A stretch of 64,000 bases of DNA from Chiloscyllium plagiosum. Lineage: Eukaryota. A model generated the notes under the pieces. The model was not told the DNA's origin. It searched no databases and saw nothing but the letters and a program-made list of their open reading frames with translations. Every line of letters begins with the position of its first letter. Positions within the stretch are counted from its first letter, which is position 1. Position numbers and translations under genes: made by a program. Shown piece after piece: positions 24,801 to 36,489 of this stretch. The stretch covers positions 70,899,790 to 70,963,789 of the forward strand of contig NC_057718.1 in NCBI RefSeq assembly GCF_004010195.1, written 5' to 3'.

Positions 24801-26759
24801 CTTCAGAGATTTACCAGGATGTTGCCTGCCTGGAATGTTTCAAGTTGGAACAGAGATAGGACAGACTGAGATTGATTTCCTTAGAGCAGAGGAGATTGCA
24901 AGAGGGCATGATTGAGACGTATGAAGTTATAAAGGCTATACATAGGGTAAACAGGAAGGAACCTTGATAGAGCGATATGTGACGAGGGCATAGATTTAAG
25001 GTGGGGGCAGAAGGTTTAGGGGAGATGTGAAGAAAACTTTTTTCACCCAGAGTGTGGGGGGTTCCTAGAATTCAATTTTGTGTAGGGATAATAGCAGAAA
25101 CCACCAGAATATCGTGAAGTTAATTGAGAAGTGCAATTGAGATTTTGGAGAATAATTTTAGCTCAGGTTGCCTGTTTGCTCATTGAGTTGGTGGGTTTGT
25201 TTTCAGATGTTTCGTCATCATGCTAGGTAACATTATCAGTGAGCCTCTGGTGAAGCATTGGTGTTCTGTCCTGCTTGCTATTTATGTGTCTGTTGTGGTG
25301 GGTGGTATCATTTCCAGTTCTGTTTCAGAGGTTGACAAATTGGGTCCAAATCTGAGAGTTCTGCTTTGAATGCCATGCCTCTAAGAATTTGTTGGCCTAG
25401 TCGAACTGGTGTCCGCTTTCATCTGTGTGTATCGATACCAGTGATAGTTGATCATGTCTTTTGGTGGTTAGTTGGTGCTCCTGTATTCTGGTGGCTAGTT
25501 TCCTGCTGGTTTGTCCAATGTAATGTTTGTTGCAGTCCTTGCAGGGTATTTTGTATATTATCTTTGTTCTGCTGGCTGTGGGTACGGGGTCCTCTAAATT
25601 CATCAGCAGTTGTTTTAGTATGGTAATACGTTTGTGGGCTACCATGATGCCCAGGGGCTGGAGTAGTCTGATGCTCATTTCTGGTAGGGTGTCTAAGTCT
25701 CTGGGCATGTTATGTCTTCCTGTTTAGGTCTATTGTGCAGCAATCAGTGGACTGTGCTTATCGGGTAACTATTGCTCCTGAATACATTGTGTAGGTGTTT
25801 CTCCTCAGCTTCTCATAGTTCTGGGGTGCTACAGTCCATTGTGACTCATTTAACTATTGTCCTGATGCAGCTCCAATTGGGGTGTTGGGATGGTTGTTTG
25901 TGTAGATGAGTATCTGGTCAGTGTGTGTGGCTTTCCTGTAAATGCTGGTCTACAGTTCTCCATTGGCCTTTCATTCTACTGTGACATCCAAGAAGACGCG
26001 TCAGCTATCATTCTCTTCCTCTTTGGTGAACTTTACACCGGAAAGGGTGTTGTTCATGTATTTGTAGGTTTCTTCTAGTTTGTTGCATTTCGTGATGATG
26101 AAGGTGACATCCACATAGCTGACCCAAAGTTTAGGCTAGAAGGTGGGAAGGCCTGTTCATTCTAACTTGTGCATAACTGCTTCTGCAAAAAGTCTTGATA
26201 TTGGTAATCCCATTGGCATCCGGTTGATTTGTTTGTATATTTTGTCGTTTGAAGATGAAGTGATTGTGAGGCACAGGTCTAGTAGTTTAAGGATGCTGTC
26301 ATTGCTGATGGAGTTGGCATTGTCAGGTGTTTGTATCCCTGGTTTGTCTAGCAGTGAGACCAATATTTCTTTGGTTAGGGTAATGTTTATTGATGTGAAT
26401 GGGGCCATCACATCGAAGGAGACCATGACCTTGTCATCCTCTACCTTGAGGTCTTTGATTGATGTTAAGGAATTCCTGGGTAGAGTGGGTTGAGTGGGTT
26501 GAGTCTTCTACCAGGTGTTTTGGTTTACATTACAGTTTCTTTGCTAGCCTGTATGTCGGTGTGCCAGGAAGTGTGACTATGGGTCTGAGGGGGAACCCTT
26601 GCATGTGTACCTTTGGCAATCCATACGAACGGTTGGACCCTTTTTGTTTCATTCTTTGGAGATTGATCTTGTGTAATTTCCTTAAGGAAGCTGTGATGTG
26701 GTTTTCTAGATATGGAGTCTGCTCCATTACCACTGGTTGGTAGATGCTGGTATCAAAGA

Positions 26760-29660
26760 GAACACACAACAAAGAAAACTACAACACAGGAACAGACCCT
26801 TCGGCCCTCCAACCCTGCACCAATCCAGATCTTCCATCCAAACCTGTTGCCTATTTTCTAAGGGTCTGTTTCCCTTTGCACCCTGTCCAATCATGTATCT
26901 GTCTAGATAGATCTTAAATTACACTATTGTGCCTGTCTCTACCGCCTCCACTGGCAATGCATTCCAGGCACCCACCACCCTGTGTAAAGAACTTTTCACG
27001 GTATATCCTTTAAACTTTTCCCCTCTCACTTTGAACTTGTGACCCCTAGCAATTGAGTCCCCCACTTTGGGAAAAAGTTTCTTGCTATCCACCCTGTCTA
27101 CACCTTTCATGATTTTGCAGACTTCAATCAGGTCCCCCATCAACTTCCATCTTTCTAATGAAAACAATCCTAATCTACTCAACCTCTCCTCATAGCTAGC
27201 TAGCACGCTCCATACAATGCAACATCCTGGTGAACCTCCTCTGCACCCTCTCCAAAGCATCCACATCCTTTTCATAACGTGGCAACCAAAACTGTATGCA
27301 GTATTCCAAATGAGGCCAAACCAAAGTCTTACACAATTGTAATATGACCTGCCAACTCTTGTACTCAATACCCCATCCAATGAAAGAAAGCATGCCATAC
27401 GCTTTCTTGACTATTCTATTGACCTGCGTTGCCACCTTCAGGGAACAATGGATCCGAACACCCAGATCTCTCTGTACATCAATTTTCCCCAGGACTTTTT
27501 CATTTACTGTATAGTTCGTTCTTGAACTGGATCTTCCAAAATGCATCATCTTGCATTTGCCCAGATTGAACTCCACCTGTCATTTCTTCGCCCAACCCTT
27601 CAAACTATCTATAGTCTGCTGTATTCTCTGGCAGTCCCCTTCACTCCATCAATCATAGTGTCATCGGCAAACTTACTAATCAGACCACCTATTCCTTCCT
27701 CTAAATCATTTGTGTATACCACAAACAACAGTGGTCCCAGCACAGATCTCTTTGGAACACCATTGGTCACAGGTCTCCATTTTGAGAAACTCCCTTCCAA
27801 TATTCCTCTTTGTCTCCTGTTGTCCAGCCAGTTCTTTATCCATTTAGCTAGTACACCCTGGACCCCATGCGACTTCACCTTCTCCATCAGCCTACCATGG
27901 GGAACCTTATCAAATGCCTTATTGACGTCCGTATATATGACATCTACAGTCCTTCCCTCATCAATCAACTTTGTCACTTTCTCAAAGAATTTTATTAAGT
28001 TGGTAAGACATGACCTTCCCTGCACAAAACCATGCTGCCTATCACTGATAAGCCCATTTTCTTTCAAATGGGAATATATCCTATCCATCAGTACCTTCTC
28101 CAGCAGCTTCCTACCACTGACGTCAGGCTCACCAGCCTATAATTACTTGGATTATTCCCTTCTACCTTTATCAAACAAGGGGACAATATTAACAATTCTC
28201 CAGTTCTTGGGGCCTCATCTGTGTTCAAGGATGCTACAAAGATATCTGTTAATGCCCCAGCTATTTCCTCTCTTGCTTCCCTCAGTAACCTGGGATAGAT
28301 CCCACCTGGACCTGGGGAACTTATCCACCTTATTGCCTTTTAGAATACCCAACACTTCCTCCCTCCTTATGCCAACTTGACCTACACTAATCAAACATCT
28401 ATCCCGAACCTCAAACATCTGTCATGTCTCTCTCCTTGGTGAATACCGATGCAAAGTACTTGTAAAGAATCTCACCCATTTTCCTCTGACTCCATGCATA
28501 ACTTTCCTACTTCACCCTTTCCCTAATTACCCTCTTGCTCCTTATATATGAATAAAAGGCTTTGGGATTTTCCTTAATCCTGGTCACTAAAGATCTCATG
28601 ACCCCTTTTAGCCCTCTTAATTCCTTGTTTCAAATTGGTCCTATTTCCTGATCTTTTTCCAAAGCTTTACCTGTCTTCAGTCACCTAGGCCTGTATGCTT
28701 CCTTTTTTCCTCTTAGCTAGTCTCACAATTTCACCTGTCATCCATGGTTCCCTAATCTCGCCATTTCTATCCTTCATTTTCACAGGAACACGTCTTTCCT
28801 GTATTCTAATCAACCTGTATTTAAAAACCTCCCACATATCAAATGTGGACTTACCTTCAAAAGGCTGGCCCCAATCTACATTCCCCATCTCCAGCTGAAT
28901 TTTGGTATAGTTGGTGTTTCCCAAATTTAGCACTCTTCCCTTAAGACCACTCTTGTCTTTGTCCATGAGTATTCTAAAATTTACAGAGTTGTAATCACTA
29001 TTTCCAAAGTAATCCCATACTGGAACTTCAACCACCTGGCTGGGCTCATTCCTCATCACCAGGTCCAGTATAGCCCCTTCGAGTTAGACTATTTACATAC
29101 TGCTCTAGATAAAACAATGACTGCAGATGCTGGAAACCAGATTCTGGATTAGTGGTGCTGGAAAAGCACAGCAGTTCAGGCAGCATCCAAGATGCTGCCT
29201 GAACTGCTGTGCTTTTCCAGCACCACTAATCCACATACTGCTCTAGGAAACCCTCCTGGATATTCCTTACAAATTTTGCTCCATCTAGACCTCCAACGCT
29301 AAGTGAATCCCAGTCAATGTTGGGAAAATTAAAAACTCCTATCACCACTACCCTGTTGCTCCTAGATCTTTTCATTATCTGTTTACATATTTATGCCTCT
29401 ATTTTATGCTTGCTGCAGGCATATAGTACAGCCCCAACATTGTTACCGTACCCTTCCTATTTCTGAGCTCTGCCCATGTTGCCTCACTGCTCGAATCCTC
29501 CGTAGTGCCCTCCTTCAGCAGAGCTGTGATATCCTCTTTGACCATCAATGCATCGATATCCTGGGACATTTAGTTGTCAATCATGCCCTTCCCTAAACCA
29601 AGTCTCAGTAATATCATACTCGCAGGTATTAATCCAAGCCCTAAATTCATCAGTTAGTTC
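26760..29660 (-). mobile_element. CR1 LINE ORF2 (endonuclease to 3' end) nested in the Poseidon element
   Basis: QHGFVQGRSCLTNL, FADD and ITETW motifs. Confidence 0.88.
29109..29232 (-). mobile_element. 124-bp fold-back micro-PLE
   Basis: 42-bp perfect inverted arms (29146-29187 / 29191-29232), 37-nt tail, TSD ACATACTGCTCTAG. Confidence 0.85.
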
Positions 29661-30243
29661 ATTAGTGTGTTTGCTTTTCCAATGTACTGTGTTCTGTTCA
29701 GGATAACTGTCGTGCACGCTTTGTCCACAGGTAGGATTACAACATTTGTCTTTTCTGAGTTCTTCCAAGGCTTTCAGGTGTGTTGAGGGTGTTCCCTTCT
29801 TTCTTCCTACTTAGTGTTGGTGCCACCGTCTATCTGATAGCTTGCTGGGTTTCTTCTGTAAATCCATTGTCTTTTAGGGTGGTTTCCAGTGCTGCTAGGA
29901 AGCCCTTTTTGTCCATGTCCTTGTGGTTGTAGTTCATCCCTTATACTAGGACAGTTTTTTCAGTGTCTGTGAGTGTTTGGTCAGACAGGTTCTTTATCCA
30001 AGTCTCTGAATTGTCCTTATTATAGCTGTGCGAGAGCTTGGATAGTTTTCCTTGAAGGGCCAATCTTTTCTTTGTCCTCGTCTGCTGTTGTTAAATGCTG
30101 ATGGTTTGTTTGAGCTAAACAGGAAGACACAACACGCCCAGAAACCCTAGTCACACCAAAGACATTTCAGAGATGAGCACCAGACTACTCCAGCCCTGGG
30201 CATTATGGTAGCCCACAAGCCTACTGCCACACTAAAACAACTA

Positions 30244-31053
30244 CAGAGGAACCTCGATTATCCGAACAATATGCGTGGGGAATACAGGGGAACCTCGATT
30301 AGCCAAACATGCTGGGTGGGCACTATTTCGTTCGGATAATTGATTAAATGCCTTTCCTCTGGGGCATGGAGCTTTTAAAGTCTGCTCCCCGTTCAGGTGA
30401 CAAGGCAGCAGCACAGTGCGTGACGCCCCGCCATCAACCCTGTCCAACAATGCCTCCCGCCCCCAAAACCACCCCCACCCCCTAAGCCCGTCCAACACTG
30501 TCCCTCACCCCCAACCCAGTCCAACATTGCCTCCTGCCACCCAACCCCGTACACACCTGCCCCCTCTCTGGGGCAGCCGGACTGGACACCAACAAGACTG
30601 CTGCTGCTGCCTTTGTGGGGTAAGTCTTCATACACATACACACACAACTTTTTACTGCAACTTTTTGACAGATTCCACCTTTACCCTGTACAGGACAATG
30701 TTGGAGAGATTACCTGGGGAAGGGAGGGTTTAAGGTACATCTCTGTGTAGAACTCCAGGGAGAGTGTGGGGACAGAGAGAGAGGGCGGGCAGACAGTCAT
30801 TTGGAGACGGTGCCTGTTTGATCACTGTTGGAAACATATCTTTGATGTAACGTTTCCATCTGGACCTCAATCTCCTTCAGATAATCCGATTTTCGGATAA
30901 TTGGTATTTGGATAATCGTGGTTCCTCTGTATTTTGTTTGAATGCTCAGAAAATCGAATGCCAGAAAACAGTTTAACCAAGTTTAACCTTGCGATCTTGT
31001 TTGGATAATCCAAAATTCGGATAATCGAATGCCAGATAGTCTAGGTTCCTCTA
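30244..31053. mobile_element. Tigger-like MITE containing a second MITE with the same TIRs (30285-30929)
   Basis: CAG(A/G)GGAACCTCGATTA TIRs occur twice at each side, each flanked by TA. The host Poseidon frame rejoins as KQLLMHLKDP. Confidence 0.8.
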
Positions 31054-31208
31054 TACTGATGCATTTAAAGGATCCGTACCCACAGCTAGTGGAACAAATG
31101 TTATATACAAAATACCCTGCAAGAACTGCAACAAACATTACACTGAACAAACCAAGAGGAAACTAGCCACCAAGATACATGAGCACCAACTAGCCACCAA
31201 AAGACATG

Positions 31209-31388
31209 GAGAAAGTGAGAACCACAGATACTGGAGATGTCAAGAGTCGAGAAAGGTGGTGCTGAAAAAGGATCTGAGGAGCAGGAGAGTCGACGTTTCA
31301 GGTATGAAGGGTTTATGCTCAAAATGTTGACTCTTCTGCTCCTCGGATGTTATCTGACCTGCTGCGCTTTCCACACCACCTTTTTGTT
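31209..31388 (-). mobile_element. Degenerate fold-back micro-PLE
   Basis: Tail plus inverted arms, with TSD CACCAAAAGACATG (31195-31208 / 31389-31402). Confidence 0.75.
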
Positions 31389-31413
31389 CACCAAAAGACA
31401 TGATCAAATATCA

Positions 31414-34400
31414 CAAACAGCAGAGGCAAATCACCTATCCAGTGTATTCAAAAAGAACAGGTACCCAATGAACACAGTCAGCCAATTTCTCAGCAACAAA
31501 CCCAAACAAGCAGACCAAACATATCCAGAAACCCTAGCCACTCTCACCTACATCAAAGACATCCCGAAAATTACTGCCAGACTACTCAGACCCTTTGGCA
31601 TCACGGTGGCCCACAAACTCACCAACACACTAAAACAGCAGCTAATGAACTTGAAAGATCCCATACAGACAACAAGCAAAACTTATGTCATCTACAAAAT
31701 ACCTTGCAAGAACTGTAGCAAACATTACATTGGAAAAGCAGGCAGAAAATTAGCCACCAGGATACATGAACATCAACTAGCCACAAAAAGACATGACCCA
31801 CTCTCACTGGTATCCTTACATATGGATGGGGAAGGTCACCACTTCGACTGAGACAACACATCCATCCCAGGACAAGCCAAGCAGAGACGCGCACGAGAAT
31901 TCCTAGAGGCATGGCATTCTAAACGGAACTCTATCAACAAACACATTGACTTGGATCCGATTTACCACCCCCTGAGGAAACGAACAGGAAATGACATCAC
32001 TATAGGAAACCCCATCACCACAGGAAATGACATCACCGCTCCAAGGAAACCCAAACATATAAATAGAAAGCAGGCTATACCACCAGTGCTTCATCCGGAG
32101 GCTCACTGAAAATGTTACCTAGAATGGTAATGCCAAAAGTATCCGAAATAAGGTAGGTGAGCTTGCAGCATGGATAGGTACCTGGCACTTTGATGTTGTG
32201 GCCATTTCGAAGACATGAATAAAGCAGGGTGAGGAATGGATGTTGCAGGTTCCAGGGTTTAGGTCTTTCAGTAAAAACTGGCAAGGCGGTAAAGGGGGGG
32301 AGGCATGGCCTTGTTAGTCAAAGATAGTATAAAGTTGGCTGAGAGAACTTTTGATGAGGACTCGTCTACTGAGGTAATATGGGCTGAGGTTAGAAACAGA
32401 AGAGAGGTCACACTTCTTGGAGTTTTTTTATAGGCCTCCGCAGAGTTCCAAGGAGACGGAAGAAAGGATTAGCAACATTATTCTGGGTAGGAGTGAAAGG
32501 AACAGGGTGGTCATTATGGGGGACTTTAACTTTCCCAACATTGATTGGAAATGTTATAGCTCTAGTACGTCGGATGGATCAGTTTTTGTCCAATGTGTAC
32601 AGGAGGGTTCCCTGACACAGTATGTCAAAGGGCCAATAAGAGGGGAGGGCACATTGGATCTGGTGCTTTGTAATGAACCAGGCCAGGTGTTTGATTTAGT
32701 CGTAGGTGAGCATTTTGGAGAGAGTGACCATAATTCAGTTACGTTTAGTTTAGCGATGGAAAGGGATAGGTACATGCCACAGCTCAAGAGTTATCGATGG
32801 GGCAAGGGCAATTATAATGCAATTAGGCAAGAATTAGGATGCATAGAATGGGGTTGCAAAATGCAGGGGATGTAGACAATCGAAATGTGGAGCTGGTTTA
32901 AGGAATAGATATTGCGTGTCCTTGATAGGAATGTCCCTTTCAGGCAGGGAGTAAGTGATAAGGTAAGCAAACCGTGGTTTACTACTGTAATTGCATCTCT
33001 CATTAAGAAGACGAAAGAGGCTTGTGTTGATGAGGCAAGATGGTACAGATGAGGCGATGGAGAGTTACAGATCAGCTAGGAAGGATTTAAAGGAAACCCA
33101 CGCAGATATGGGAAGAACGTGCAAACTCCACACAGACAGTTTTTAGATTAGATTAGATTAGATTACTTACAGTGTGGAAACAGGCCCTTCGGCCCAACAA
33201 GTCCACACCGACCCGCCGAAGCGTAACCCACCCAGACCCATTCCCCTACATTTACCCCTTGAGTGTGGACCCTGTAGAAATCAGAGAGGTGCTAAATGAA
33301 CATTTCCCATTGGTGTTGACTCAGGAAAAGGAGAATGTTGTACAGGAGAAGAATGAGGTATGAGATATTAGACTAGAAAGGATTGACGTTAGTTATGCAC
33401 AATTCTAGGAGTGAAAGTAGACAAGTCCCTTGGGCCGGATGGGTTTTATCCGAGGATTCTCTGGGAAACTAGGGAGGAGATAGCAGAGCCTTAGGCCTCG
33501 ATATTTGAGTCTTCATTGTCTACAGGTTAAGTACCTGAGGACTGGAGGATTGCAAATGTTGTGCCCTTGTTCAAGAAGGGCAGCAGAGATGACCCAGATA
33601 ATTATAGACCAGTGAGCCTTACTTCTGTTGAAGGAAAGGTTTTGGAAAGGATTATGAGAGATAAGATTTATAATCTTCTAGCAAGCAACAATTTGATTTC
33701 AGATAGTCAACATGGTTTCGTCAAGGGCAGGTTGTGTCTCACAAACCTCATTGAATTTTTTGAGAAGGTGACCAAGCATGTAGATGAGGGTAGGGCAGTT
33801 GACGTGGTATACTTGGACTTCAGTAAAGCCTTTGATAAGGTTCCACATGATAGGCTGATGGAGAAAATGCAGAGGGATGGATTTGAGGGTGATTTAGCAG
33901 TTTGGATTAGGAACTGGCTTTCTGGAAGAAGGCAGCGAGTGGTGGTTGATGGAAAATATCCAGTCTGGAGTCCAGTTACTAGTGGTGTGCCACAAGAATC
34001 TGTTTTGGGACCACTGTTGTTTATCATTTTTAAAAATGACTTAGACGCAGGCATAGGTGGATGGATTAGTAAATTTGCAGACGACACTAAAGTTGGTGGA
34101 GTAGTGGACAGTTTGGAAGAATGTTACAGGTTATGGGGGACTTGGATAAACTGCAGAATTGGGCTGAGTGGTGGCAAATGGAGTTCAATGCGGCTAAATG
34201 TGAGGTGATGCACTTTGGGAAGAATAACATGTCAATGGAAAGATTCTTGTTAGTGTGGATGTGCAGAGGGATCTTGGAGTCCATGTGCATAGATCCCTGA
34301 AAGTTGCCACCCAGGTGGATAGTGCTGTTAAGAAGACATATGATGTGTCAGGTAAAGGAACTGAGTTCCGGAACCGCAATATCATGCTGCAACTATACAA

Positions 34401-35002
34401 AACGCTGGTGTGGCCACACTTGGAATATTGTGTACAGTTCTGGTGGCCCCATTACAGTAAGGATGTGGAAGCATTGGAAGAGGTGCAGAGCAGATTTACC
34501 AGGATGTTGTCTGGTCTGGAGGGAAGGTCTTATGAGGAAAGGCTGAGAGACTTGGGTCTGTTCTCATTGGAAAGGCGGCGGCTAAGGGGGGATTTGATAG
34601 AGACATACAAGATGATCAGAGGATTAGATAGGGTAGACAGAGAAAGACTTTTTCCTAGGATGATGATGTCAGCTTGTACAAGAGGGCATAACTACAAATT
34701 ATTTAGATTTAGATTTAAGACAGATGTCAGAGGCAAGTTCTTTATGCAGAGAGTCGTAAGGGTGTGGAATGTCCTACCTGCCTAAGATAGTCAACTCAGC
34801 CACATTAGGGAGATTTAAACAATCCTTAGATAAGCACATGGATGATTTTGGGATAGTGTAGGGGGACGAGCTGAGAATAGTTCACAGATCAGTGCAACAT
34901 TGAGGGCCGAACGGTCTGTTCTGCGCTGTATTGTTCTATGTTCTATGGTGACAAAATGTCTGAAAATGAACCTTCCTGCTCAGCGAGCAAACCTATATCC
35001 AG
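31414..35002 (+). mobile_element. Second Poseidon-type PLE (GIY-YIG + pLTR), split by a CR1
   Basis: VIYKIPCKNCSKHYIGKAGRKL and AREFLEAWHS. The pLTR is interrupted at ~32128 and resumes at ~34945. Confidence 0.75.
32130..34944 (+). mobile_element. Near full-length CR1 ORF2
   Basis: YRPP, GDFNFP, SDH, NYRPVSLTS, FADD and 3' tail. An HE1 fragment lies at 33090-33260. Confidence 0.9.
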
Positions 35003-35489
35003 AACTGTCACTGGTATCCATACACACAGATTAAGAAGGACACCAGTTCGACTGGGACAATTCATCCATCCTGGGATAGGCCAAACAAAGACATAGAAAT
35101 TCCTCGAGGTGTGGCATTCAACCTGGAACTCCAGTAACAAACACATAGGTTGGTAAATAGGGTCCAAATCTATCAGAAACAGAACCGAAAATGATACCAC
35201 CCACCACAACACATAAACAACAAGTGGGACAGAACACCAGCGCTTCACCAGAGGCTCACTGATGATGTTATCTCGTATGGTGACAAAATGTCTGAAAACA
35301 AACCCACCAGCTCAGCAAACAAACAATCAACCAGATATGCACTTCTGATACCAAGGCACGGAGGATTTGGACAAAGCGCTGAGAAATGGGATCATTAGTT
35401 AGATGGTTATTTTTTACAGGCGTGGAAGCAATGGGGCAAAGGTTTTTTAATGCTGCAGGTCTATGTCCCCAAGAATCTTCCTTCTGCAA

Positions 35490-35870
35490 ATTTACAACCT
35501 GCCCCATCTCTCACCCTCAATCCCACAACCTGATTTCCACACCAACTCTGCAATTCCACCTCCATTTCCCAATCCCTCAAACCCTCCCCATGTTGTCCTC
35601 AATCTTGCAACCCATTTCTCACACAAACCTCCCCCATCAATGCCACAACTCAATCGCTTCCACCTCACCATTTCCCAATACCGCAAATCCCCAATCATTC
35701 ACCTACAATCCTGCAACCCCCATCTACATCCTCCCAATCTGTTGCCCCAATCCTCCAACTGCAACCGCACCTCCAAACCCACCATCACCAATCCCGCGAT
35801 GCCCACAAACCTTCACCTCTATATCTCCCTTCTTCCCATCCCACGAACCCCATCACCACCTTTCTGTAAC
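35490..35870 (+). repeat. C-rich cryptic repeat (related to 24092-24800 and, inverted, to 10370-10610)
   Basis: Shared words CACAAACCTCCCCCATCAAT and CTCAATCTTGCAACC. Confidence 0.6.
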
Positions 35871-36072
35871 TGCTGTTGTCTCGTTGGCCCCGCTTCCCTT
35901 CCGGATATTGTGACTTTTAACGTCGCTCTGAAACAATCAAATATCGAACAACCTTCATTTCCTTTACACAGTAAATAGCCTGTGACTTGCAGAGGCCAGA
36001 CAAGTCGTCTACCAGTTTCTGAACACTGAGCCCAGATGACTCACATTATTTTTAACCCCAGTTGTCACTCAC

Positions 36073-36099
36073 CTCCTCTCCGCTCTGATATTCGTCCAT
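36073..36099 (-). CDS. DYNLT1: Dynein light chain Tctex-type 1, coding exon 1 (MDEYQSGEE)
   Basis: Minus strand reads ATG GAC GAA TAT CAG AGC GGA GAG GAG, then the donor GTGAGT. It resembles the DYNLT1 N-terminus (MEDYQAAEE) and joins exon 2 in phase 0. Confidence 0.9.
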
Positions 36100-36240
36100 T
36101 TTTCTAACGGTTTTACACGTACGCGTGATTTCCGTGCACGAGGTTATGTAATGTTGGAGCTCGCGGTAGGTTTGTGCGTGGCCTTGGAGGTCACTGGATG
36201 GTGCATTTGTTACTTCTGTCAATCGCACGATTGCAATTAT
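36100..36240 (-). promoter_or_regulatory. DYNLT1 5'UTR / small CpG-rich promoter
   Basis: Non-repetitive sequence with a local CpG cluster directly upstream of the ATG. It contains ACACGTACGCGTG, CGGAAAT (minus strand), TTATGTAA and AATCGCACGATT. Confidence 0.6.
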
Positions 36241-36489
36241 GTCACACATTTTTAACTATGCAAAGCAAATTTCTGTTCATAGCTGTTGTAGGAGGAAAAA
36301 AAAACAAATGGCTGCAAATGCTTAGCAGTTTCAAACTGGAAAATAATCAGGAAATTATTAAGTACAGGGTACGATTTCAAAAGGGATGTGGGAGCAGTGG
36401 GACCTGGAAGGTGTTTGAGTTTATGTCATTGAAGGTGGCTGAACAGGTTGTACTGAGATTGCAAATGTCTCCCCTAATCTCCACTTAAT

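Larger units (their letters stand above)
25150..35335. mobile_element. Large Penelope/Poseidon-type element in fold-back arrangement (minus arm ~25150-30110, plus arm ~30110-35335), heavily nested
   Basis: RT motifs (MVSFDVMAPFTSI, YGLPKVH..PLRPIV). GIY-YIG motif IIYKIPCKDCNKHYIGQT on the minus strand and a related copy on the plus strand at 31100. pLTR at both ends. Confidence 0.7.

Noticed and set aside
24276..24869. Pro/Leu-rich 197-aa ORF (and 35386-35978)
   Set aside because: By-product of C-rich low-complexity DNA lacking stop codons. No domain or splice support.
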